57,643 nt of DNA, taken from positions 1-57,643 of the forward strand of contig NW_005434474.1 of assembly GCF_000315625.1 (NCBI RefSeq), read 5' to 3'. This document shows, one piece after another, positions 1-8,212 of this stretch. The DNA is from Guillardia theta CCMP2712. Taxonomy: Eukaryota; Protista; Cryptophyta. Position numbers and translations under genes: made by a program. Position 1 is the stretch's first letter. Each line of letters starts with the position of its first letter. Under the pieces are notes generated by a model. That model did not search any database. It was given only the letters and a program-made list of their open reading frames with translations, and was not told where the DNA came from.

Positions 1-36
1 TCGAGCGCGGTGGTGAGGAGCGACCTGAGGGTTGGA

Positions 37-361
37 GCCGAAAATAACGGCGCCTGCCGAAAATAACGGCGCCTGCCGAAAATAACGGCGCCTGCCGAAA
101 ATAACGGCGCCTGCCGAAAATAACGGCGCCTGCCGAAAATAACGGCGCCTGCCGAAAATAACGGCGCCTGCCGAAAATAACGGCGCCTGCCGAAAATAAC
201 GGCGCCTGCCGAAAATAACGGCGCCTCTGCCGAAAATAACGGCGCCTGCCGAAAATCACGGCGCCTGCAAAAAATAACGGCGCCTGCCGAAAATAACGGC
301 GCCTGCCGAAAATAACGGCGCCTGCCGAAAATAACGGCGCCTGCCGAAAATAACGGCGCCT
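37..361. repeat. Tandem array of 19-bp unit GCCGAAAATAACGGCGCCT (~17 copies), abutting telomeric repeats
   Basis: Directly visible, with a few variant units (CCTCTGCCG, AAAATCACGG, GCAAAAAATAAC). No spacers. Ends in the junction ...GGCGCCT|CCTAAACCC. Confidence 0.97.
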
Positions 362-414
362 CCTAAACCCTAAACCCTAAACCCTAAACCCTAAACCCTA
401 AACCCTAAACCCTA
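362..414. repeat. Telomeric repeat tract (CCCTAAA)n = (TTTAGGG)n on the minus strand
   Basis: About 7 perfect heptamers. Confidence 0.97.
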
Positions 415-733
415 TTATTATTATTATTATGTGAGTTTATTAGAATGCTAGAATGTTGCTCGGCCTCGTTGTGGGCTTGTGCAATTGGATCCTAGTCTAA
501 AGAGGCGCTCGAGCACTGGGAGTACACGGCCTACAATGCGAACCCTGCTTCTGAGGCGTCTTTCTACTCTCTACTTCTGCTGTCTTCTCTTGGCTTCCTC
601 AGCCTCAGTCAGGAGAGTTGCCTCTCCTCACCTTGGCCTTCGGTCACCACCTACTCTACCTCCATTCAGCTTCCTCAGCCTCAGTCAGAAGAGTTGCCTC
701 TCCTCACCTTGGCCTTCGGTCGCCACCTACTCG
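413..733 (-). mobile_element. 3'-terminal fragment of a retrotransposon-like element inserted in telomeric repeats
   Basis: Minus strand reads ...TTCT-AATAAA-CTCAC-(ATA)5AT-AGGGTTTAGGG, with AATAAA at 436-441 and the tail at 413-430. Telomere repeats flank both sides. Internal ~63-bp direct repeat at 593-656 and 669-732. No long minus-strand ORF, so it looks like a 3' UTR. Confidence 0.65.
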
Positions 734-768
734 CCCTAAACCCTAAACCCTAAACCCTAAAACCCTAA
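734..768. repeat. Telomeric repeat tract (CCCTAAA)n
   Basis: About 5 units, one of them a CCCTAAAA variant. Confidence 0.95.
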
Positions 769-1261
769 CAGGGATCTCGTGACCTGGCAGTTCGGCCCGA
801 CTTGGCTGGCCCCTATGGCAGCCGTGCTTCTGCTCTGCTCCCTCCTCTGGTATATACTTCAGTGGTCTTCCCCGGCCTCAGCCAGTGGAGTTTCCTCCGC
901 CGGCCTTGGCCTGGGTCGTCCGTGCTTTACTTGTGTTGCTTCCTCGGCCCCGACACACCTTNNNNNNNNNNNNNNNNNNNNNNNNNNNNNNNNNNNNNNN
1001 NNNNNNNNNNNNNNNNNNNNNNNNNNNNNNNNNNNNNNNNNNNNNNNNNNNNNNNNNNNNNNNNNNNNNNNNNNNNNNNNNNNNNNNNNNNNNNNNNNNN
1101 NNNNNNNNNNNNNNNNNNNNNNNNNNNNNNNNNNNNNNNNNNNNNNNNNNNNNNNNNNNNNNNNNNNNNNNNNNNNNNNNNNNNNNNNNNNNNNNNNNNN
1201 NNNNNTTGGGGCCCACAGCTCCGCTCCGCCTCTTGTCCACCTCTAAGACTTGACTCGAGCT

Positions 1262-3412
1262 TCAAGCACGCGAGGGGCCTGCACCGGCCTCCTCCTCCAC
1301 GCCCTCGCCCTCCTCAGCCTCCATGTCGACTTCCTCCCTCATCATCAGCCGNNNNNNNNNNNNNNNNNNNNNNNNNNNNNNNNNNNNNNNNNNNNNNNNN
1401 NNNNNNNNNNNNNNNNNNNNNNNNNNNNNNNNNNNNNNNNNNNNNNNNNNNNNNNNNNNNNNNNNNNNNNNNNNNNNNNNNNNNNNNNNNNNNNNNNNNN
1501 NNNNNNNNNNNNNNNNNNNNNNNNNNNNNNNNNNNNNNNNNNNNNNNNNNNNNNNNNNNNNNNNNNNNNNNNNNNNNNNNNNNNNNNNNNNNNNNNNNNN
1601 NNNNNNNNNNNNNNNNNNNNNNNNNNNNNNNNNNNNNNNNNNNNNNNNNNNNNNNNNNNNNNNNNNNNNNNNNNNNNNNNNNNNNNNNNNNNNNNNNNNN
1701 NNNNNNNNNNNNNNNNNNNNNNNNNNNNNNNNNNNNNNNNNNNNNNNNNNNNNNNNNNNNNNNNNNNNNNNNNNNNNNNNNNNNNNNNNNNNNNNNNNNN
1801 GCCCTGACGGTGACGCTGCTTCCATGATGATCCTGTCGATGTCGCTGAGCTCCAGCCATCCAGCGCCTTGCTGCTGCCCTTGGGGCTCTTGGGCTTGCTC
1901 CTCGCTGCTCGGGCTCCTCTCCTCCTCATGCTGAGGGTTGAGCTTAAAACCCACCGCTTCCAGCTTGACTTCCAGGATCCCTTCCAAGTAGAAGGGCATG
2001 TCGTCCATCAAGCGTCGAGCCTCTGCCTTGGTCGCCAGGGAGAGAGCTATCAGGCTCCCATCCCAGCTGAGCGTGTCACGATCCTCCTCGACCTCGACGC
2101 TGACCAGCTTGAGATTCATTCTTCTTGCTAACTCCAACATGGCTCGCTTGACTCTCGTGATCGATGTGTTACCTCCTCCGCACAGCGCTTCCATCTCCTT
2201 CCTCGAGAAGCGGCCTGTGCTCATGCTTGACCTCGACTTGATCTGTACTCTGAAGCTGCTGTGCCTAGCTTGGTCTCTGTCACGAAGTACCTTCCTCTGC
2301 TTAGCGATCTTTCCCCTCGGCACGAAAGTGTCTGCTGTGAGCTCGACTGCAAACGTCTCTCTGAGCTTGGCGTCGTCGCTGATGAGGGTGAGATGCACCC
2401 CCTCCATCGCCTCGCTCTCTCTGAACGAGGCCAACGTCTGCTCGCAGCTGGTCAACGTCGGGCATGTTAGTACCCATTCCACTTCTCGCAGCTGCAGAGC
2501 TCCAGTGCTTGCTCCAACAGCAACATACGTCTTCGGGCTCGGCCCCTTGCGACCTCTCTGCCCAGGACTCTGCACGAGCATGCCAGCAAGCGGTTGTACC
2601 TCTGCGGCTGCAAGAGATTGCGAGACCAGCTGAAATCGATAAATCTGAGCGATCTCGGCCGTCGACATTCCTCCAAGAGCTAAGAGCTGTGATAGCTCGG
2701 CAAGGCTCCCTCCCTTGCCCCAAGGTCCTCGCTTGGCTCGAAGCTTGAACGACCGGTCATGTGCAATGCTCACCTCTGTGGCTCGGAACGGTCTGCCGTC
2801 TATGCAGTATTCTCTCCTGCCTTCCCATAGCTCCATGGCTGCTTCATTCCGAAGGAAGGAGACGGTGACTGAGATGTCGTCTGCTCGTGCTATCTCAGGT
2901 CTGTAAGGTGCTTTCCACATGATGGCCTTGTCGACTCCATCGACTGAGTCTACGATGAGACCCAGCTCCATAAGCTTCGATTTCAACTTTTCTTCTTGTC
3001 GAACAAACATCGAGGAAATCCCTAGGAGAGTCATGGAGATGAAGGAGGTCCCCTCGGTGCCTTCGGTGCCGATGTATGTCTCGACATTCTGTTTCTTGGC
3101 CTCCTCCATCTGTTGAATAAACCATGCTCTCAACTCTGAGCTCCATGCGCTCAGAGAGTCTTCAAACAGGTCGCGTCTTGCCTGCCGACATGTCGAGCGG
3201 ATGGCTTCAGCGATAGCGTCGGGAGTGCATCCCCCCTCAGCTCTGCAAGCATAAGCTGTCCGACTATTCGGATAACGCTTGGTGAAGCTCTTCACCTTCT
3301 CGACGAGGTCGGCGGCCTCCTCGACGTGGCCTCCAGAGCGCTCTGCCTGCGTGTATTGGCATGATCTCCGATACAGCAGGTTGCGAACGCTCTCATCATA
3401 CTGTAGTACCAT
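1262..3412 (-). CDS. ORF1/gag-like protein of the telomere-associated element, possibly with RRM-like folds; C-terminal end uncertain because of an N gap
   Basis: More than 530 codons are open from the ATG at 3412 (MVLQYDESVRN...) to the gap at 1800. It is intronless in an intron-rich genome. VTVSFLRNEAAMELWEGRREYCIDGRPFRATE and LIALSLATKAEARRL resemble RRM beta3-helix2-beta4. No RT or endonuclease motif is visible. Confidence 0.6.
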   Translation of the reverse strand: MVLQYDESVRNLLYRRSCQYTQAERSGGHVEEAADLVEKVKSFTKRYPNSRTAYACRAEGGCTPDAIAEAIRSTCRQARRDLFEDSLSAWSSELRAWFIQQMEEAKKQNVETYIGTEGTEGTSFISMTLLGISSMFVRQEEKLKSKLMELGLIVDSVDGVDKAIMWKAPYRPEIARADDISVTVSFLRNEAAMELWEGRREYCIDGRPFRATEVSIAHDRSFKLRAKRGPWGKGGSLAELSQLLALGGMSTAEIAQIYRFQLVSQSLAAAEVQPLAGMLVQSPGQRGRKGPSPKTYVAVGASTGALQLREVEWVLTCPTLTSCEQTLASFRESEAMEGVHLTLISDDAKLRETFAVELTADTFVPRGKIAKQRKVLRDRDQARHSSFRVQIKSRSSMSTGRFSRKEMEALCGGGNTSITRVKRAMLELARRMNLKLVSVEVEEDRDTLSWDGSLIALSLATKAEARRLMDDMPFYLEGILEVKLEAVGFKLNPQHEEERSPSSEEQAQEPQGQQQGAGWLELSDIDRIIMEAASPSGXXXXXXXXXXXXXXXXXXXXXXXXXXXXXXXXXXXXXXXXXXXXXXXXXXXXXXXXXXXXXXXXXXXXXXXXXXXXXXXXXXXXXXXXXXXXXXXXXXXXXXXXXXXXXXXXXXXXXXXXXXXXXXXXXXXXXXXXXXXXXXXXXXXXXXRLMMREEVDMEAEEGEGVEEEAGAGPSRA

Positions 3413-3500
3413 GCTTAGAAAGCTTTTTGAACGATACAAACCTCTTGCTCGCAGCTTCCACCGGTCCCCTTGCGCTCTCCCTACGCGCCGCAGGGCAGCA

Positions 3501-3561
3501 TGCTCTTACTAAGGGCCGGCTGCTCTTACTAAGGGCCGGCTCCTCTTACTAAGGGCCGGCT
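3501..3561. repeat. Three copies of 20-bp unit TGCTCTTACTAAGGGCCGGC at the proximal end of the element
   Basis: Directly visible. The junction ...GCCGGCT|CCTAAACCC has the same form as the one at 361. Confidence 0.95.
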
Positions 3562-3641
3562 CCTAAACCCTAAACCCTAAACCCTACACCCTAAACCCTA
3601 AACCCTAAACCCTAAACCCTAAACCCTAAACCCTAAACCCT
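3562..3641. repeat. Interstitial telomeric tract (CCCTAAA)n
   Basis: About 11 units, one CCCTACA variant. Confidence 0.97.
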
Positions 3642-4256
3642 GTCCCAGGGTCCTCTCTTGGCTCGAATCTTGAAGGATCGATCGTGCACGATGCTCACAT
3701 GTACGGCAGCGAATGCTCGACCATCGATCGGAAGTTGAAGTCCTCTCTTCCCTGCCAGAGCTTCTCCGCTTGTGCATTGCGGAGGAAGGAAACAGTCACC
3801 GGGATCTCATCAGCACTCGCTATCTCGGGTCTATACGGAGCCGCTTCCACATGATCGCTTTACTCTCTTGCACTGAGTCTACGATCAGTCCGATCTCTTC
3901 GAATTTCTTCTTCAACTTCTCTTCATGGTTGACAAGGAAGTCACCTCGTTGCCTGCTGAGGCGGTGTATGTCTCGACCTTCTGCTTCTTGACTGTTAGGA
4001 AAACGCTTCGCGAAGCTCTTTATCCTCTCGACCAGGTCAGCTTCGAGGACCGAGGCATCCACAAGCTCGCCGGGCCTGCGTGTATTGGCATGATTTCCGA
4101 TACAGCATGTTGCGAACACTTTCATCATACTGAAGAACCATACTGAAAAAGCTATTGAAACTATACAAACCTCTTGCTCGCAGCTTCCTTCGCGCCCTGG
4201 CGGCTTCCCCCGGCTACAGAGCGCGTGCAGCCATGATGCCTGGAATACCCGGCGCT
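3642..4256 (-). pseudogene. Degenerate, truncated copy 2 of the element ORF (N-terminal part)
   Basis: Translates in pieces to ADLVERIKSFAKRFPNS, HEEKLKKKFEEIGLIVDSVQESKAIMWK and VSIVHDRSFKIRAKRGPW, which match the 3412 ORF. Has frameshifts and deletions. Confidence 0.85.
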
Positions 4257-4276
4257 CTAAACCCTAACCCTAAACC

Positions 4277-4690
4277 ACTTTCAGCTTCTCCTCTTGGTTG
4301 ACATACACCGAAGATATCCCCAGGAGAGTCATGGAGATGAAGGAAGTCACCTCGTTGCCTGCTGTTGCGGTGTATGTCTAGACCTTCTGCTTCTTGGCTT
4401 CCTCCATTCTTGTAGAAGCTCAAGTCGTGCCTGCTGACACGTCGAGCGGCCCTCTGCGATAGCGTCGGGGGTGCATCCCTCCACAGCTTCATGAATCTCG
4501 ACCAGATCAGCTTTCGACCAGATCAGCTTCCGACGGAGGACCAAGGCATCCACAAGCTCGCCCTGCGTGTATTGGCATGACTCTGGCCGATGACGATCTC
4601 TTGCTTGCAGCTTCCTTGGCGCCCTCGCCCGGCGGCTTCCCCTACACCTGGCGTGGAGCCATTGAGTGCCTGAAATAACCGGGCGCCTCA
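4277..4690 (-). pseudogene. More degenerate copy 3 of the element ORF
   Basis: SCQYTQ, KADLVE, EGCTPDAIAE, RSTCQQAR and TSFISMTLLG-like DNA match copy 1. Degenerate telomere repeats lie at 4257-4276 and 4918-4938. Confidence 0.8.
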
Positions 4691-5519
4691 CTCGAAGTTT
4701 CCCGGCGAGTAGAAGCGCCGAGATCGGCTTGCCAGGCCCATCAACCTCCTCCTCTGAGGGTCGCGGCCGGGCCCTGCTGCCAGGCCCTGACGGCAACGCT
4801 GCTAAGTTCCATGCCGGTGACCTAGGCTCCGTCTTCCATCAGAGTCAGGCGTCGAGCCTCTTCTTTAGTCGCTACGGAGAGAGATGTCAGGCTCCCACCT
4901 GGCGGCCGGCGCACAGTCCTAAATCCTAAACTCTAAATCTTGGAGTCCACGGGCCACTGAGTGCCGGGCCGAGTTCGACCCACTGTCATGTGTCGCTTCA
5001 AGTTTAGTTCAATTAGGCTTTACACCAAACTAAACCATGGGTCCCAACCTGCGCCTTGCGATCCGGCCGTCGCCATATAATGCACCAGTGCCCCTATCTC
5101 CTTCTTTCATAGACCCCCTACCCTCCGACTCACTCCTTCACCACCCACCCTACTGCCTACCAACGAGCCCCCTACTCGTGAGTACCATGAAAAGAATAAC
5201 AATAATGTGGGGACGTGGAGCATGCCAGGGTGGACAAGGACAGGGGTGGGGGTTATGTGATGAAGGACCGGTGGTATAGGATGTCTTGGATCTTGAGATC
5301 AACAAGAGGGGGTGGTGAAGATTGAACAGGCAAACAAGGGGTGGTGGAGAAGCGACCGCCAGGTGCGCGAGGCGAGGATGGTTGGTGTGCCGGAGAATGG
5401 CATCGATGCCTCGGAGAGAGGAGGAGAGGAGGGGGGCTAAGAACACGTGAGACGGGCTGTTAGAGCATGATTCCAAACTTGTGCATGCTTCAGGATTTGA
5501 TCTGATGTAACTGGCAGCA

Positions 5520-8111
5520 ATGAATAACTGGATCGTGCTTTTGAGCTTGCTGATATGCTCGCAACACACCGCAAACGGGAATTATCTGAACGAGGTGAAC
5601 CTTCTTCAAGAGCGAAACGATTGTCTGTTGAACAATGGCTACCATAGTGGTCAGTCCAAGGAAATCAGGTTTCTGTCAACCCAGGAACTGTCACGAAATG
5701 TGATCCAACCATGGTACAGTATGAGTCACATCATGTTGGAAGCTTGTCTCGCTAACTGAAATTCCTCAGGATTATTTTCCTTATAAAGCAACAGTGAACT
5801 TTGCTAAATTCAAGATCGAGTATTTCAAGACGTACAAGGTAGATATCGTAGTTCGAGCCGGCTAATTGTTGCCCTCTTATCCAAACTCGCAAGGTTGTGA
5901 CCAACACTCAAGCTAACCTCAAGTATGTCCTGTATCAATCTGGATGCCCCAAGTACCTGTTCAGTTGCTTAGAAACTCAAGCCTGACGCTAACGCAGGCC
6001 TCCTGCTGCCGACGCTAATGTTTGAATGCCTAAACCCTTAGCTTGCTGTTGTAAGTAAATCATGTGCAGGATGTTGCTGGAGCCTTTCAAATCCCTTTGA
6101 GTAGAGTGTATGTGGATTCATCGACCTACTTCGGAGATTTGGAGCTCATGGGTATTGCATGAAATTCTTGTATCTCAATGCATGTGATGCTTTGGATGAA
6201 GGTGAACGACTTGCAATCCGACTTGTCAATGGCGAGTACACGGACAACCCCTGCATGTGGAGACAGGTGCTGGGTCGCATTCGGTTTCCATCAATCTGAT
6301 ATGATTGTATGACAGCTCGATTCAAAGTGGACTGTCAATTTGCCTTATGGAGAGCTATGGACGTCTGCTTCAGGGTTCGATCTTGGTGCGTCGCCTGTGG
6401 TCGTGAGCTGATTCTCGCTTTGTCAAGATTCTACTCGCTCGACAACACTACGCTCGTCGCATTGACATCTGCAAACAAACTCAACTTGCAAGCGTCTTTT
6501 TGCACCGACCCTTCCAACAAACCGGCAAGTCTTCCAAATATTTGAATGTTTCTAGATGACAGAGAACCAGAATCCCATCGTCGTGAGCGACATTTACGAA
6601 ACAACGTACTACGCAGCAAGTAATCGAATCCCTTGCTACGCAACGTTTGTCAAATTGAAATGGTGAATTCTCTTGGAAACAGATGAATGGATCAAGTTTT
6701 TTGCAGCATTCTTCAACAGGGAGATGTCGGTGCAAAGCTTTGCTGATGCAGTCCGTCAAAGGTTGTTGTTTCTCCGTCATATCCTCTACTGAGCTTCTCC
6801 AGATGGGTCTGCAATTCCAAAGCAGTTCAAACCCAATCGGTTCAGAAGAAGATGCTCTTTCTCTATTATTGGACCACATTCTACAACAACAGTAATCCAG
6901 CATGGATTACCTACAAAGGCTGGGAAGTGAAATCATGCAAAGAAGGTAGGATTTTTATCAAGGAATCACAACTGACTGGTGTTTCAGAATATCGTTATTG
7001 TGAATTGTTTCAGGCTGCTGGAGTGATTCCAATCAACAATGATACCTCTACTCTGCCGGTGGATTCATCGCTCCTGTGAAAGTCCCAACTGCCTATTGAT
7101 GATTTTAAGTAGGTTGCTAATGCTGTCACCAAGATTGCTGGTCAGGATTACCAGGCTGTACCAGATCAGTCAATCATCCAATACGCGAAAGAAGCAGATA
7201 TCATTTTATTCATGAACCCCTGGTATACCCGTATTTTCATGTGAACAGGCCTCTGATTTCCGATACTTCAGGTGTGACCCCACAGCCGGTAAGTTTGACT
7301 CAGAAAGAAGACAGCTGAAAAGGCACCCACTGCTTTGCCTGATCTTGTTGTTTGATAGGCACTCAGTGCGTTCAAGGATTCATAGATATTTTCAACAAGC
7401 TTTCGGTGACATTATCGAGCATAAGACTCTCTTACATTCTTCTGATAAGGATTGCTTCTAGGGAATCCCAGCGGTCAACAACAAGCAGGTGCTCAACGAT
7501 TGAAGTTGGCTCGAGGCTTGTGGTGACTAGCAGACAGGTCTTCCATCTGTCTCGAGTCACTGACCCCATGGGAGGAACCAAAGAGGAATCCGGTGACTGA
7601 CACTGATCAGCAGCAGCCTGTATCTGACATGCAGCGCAGAGGGACAGCTGCAACCGGATGCTCTTCTGAAGGACATCATCAAGGTCAGCCAAGGAGGTTT
7701 GCCCTCAACCGAACATCACCATAGCTGCAGATGGCCTACCCCAGACTCCTCCCCAACTACCAGTTCACGTTTGCTCTCAACTTGTATGACTCGATCAAGA
7801 ATGGCAATCTTGACTGCACGGTGAGGATGGAGGGTTATTTCACTTGCTCTACTAGCCGCTCACGGTCCCTCTCAGTCTACCCCTTACGCCCTCGGATGTC
7901 CTGTTAGTGGCTCCGCACTTGCAGCTCAATGCAACAACCTCACCCATGTCTACGTGAGTCTTGGACCGGACGGTAGACCATGACACGTTTGTTGGTGAGG
8001 CGGCACTGAAAGTCTCCAACAGCATGCTTGAGCGGAGCCTCCCGAGCCTCTGAGACCCTCTCGCTCGCACTTGTGACTCTCATCAGCCTCCTCCTCATCA
8101 GAGTAGCCTAG
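5520..8111 (+). CDS. CBA1: CBA1-like cobalamin acquisition protein / periplasmic-binding-protein (BtuF-like) family, paralogue A; more than 20 short exons, signal peptide, hydrophobic GPI-like C-terminus
   Basis: Manual splicing gives MNNWIVLLSLLICSQHTANGNYLNE|...DYFPYKATVNFAKFKIEYFKTYK|VVTNTQANLKYVLYQSGCPK|...FQIPLSRVYVDSSTYFGDLELMG|...NPC...|NPIVVSDIYETTYYAANEWIKFFAAFFNRE (6685-6724)...GIPAVNNKQ|VFHLSRVTDPMGG...QPDALLKDIIK|MAYP...SGASRASETLSLALVTLISLLLIRVA*. The DYFP, YKVV, YVLYQxG, EWIKxxxxFFNxE and PDxxLxD motifs are typical of CBA1-family proteins. Confidence 0.82.
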
Positions 8112-8212
8112 AGGGAGGATGGTGAACAGCGAGGTAGGAGAGTCGATGAACTTCAAACACGCGGACTCGCGTTAGTTACAATGAAATATTCGAACCCTCA
8201 AAACTGTCGCTC

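Larger units (their letters stand above)
769..3561 (-). mobile_element. Telomere-embedded retroelement-like unit (best-preserved copy, contains two assembly gaps)
   Basis: Bounded by telomere tracts 734-768 and 3562-3641. Carries a long intronless ORF. Homologous decayed copies lie at 3642-4256 and 4277-4690. Confidence 0.7.

Noticed and set aside
37-361. CRISPR array (also considered for 12986-13109 and 16621-16826)
   Set aside because: Units are head-to-tail with no unique spacers, there are no cas genes, and the context is eukaryotic.
769-3561. Reverse transcriptase, endonuclease or ribozyme within the telomeric element
   Set aside because: No YxDD, APE/RLE/GIY-YIG motif or hammerhead core (CUGANGA...GAAA) was found by eye. 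The gaps are too short as annotated to hold an RT.
6042-6050. 9-nt microexon (AG|CTTGCTGTT|GTAAGT) in CBA1-A
   Set aside because: It would need 22- and 19-nt introns. A single 50-nt intron (6020-6069) keeps frame and matches paralogue B.
7432-8156. Minus-strand short ORFs read as a C-terminal extension of CBA1-B
   Set aside because: This interval is explained by plus-strand exons of CBA1-A, and B stops at 8213.
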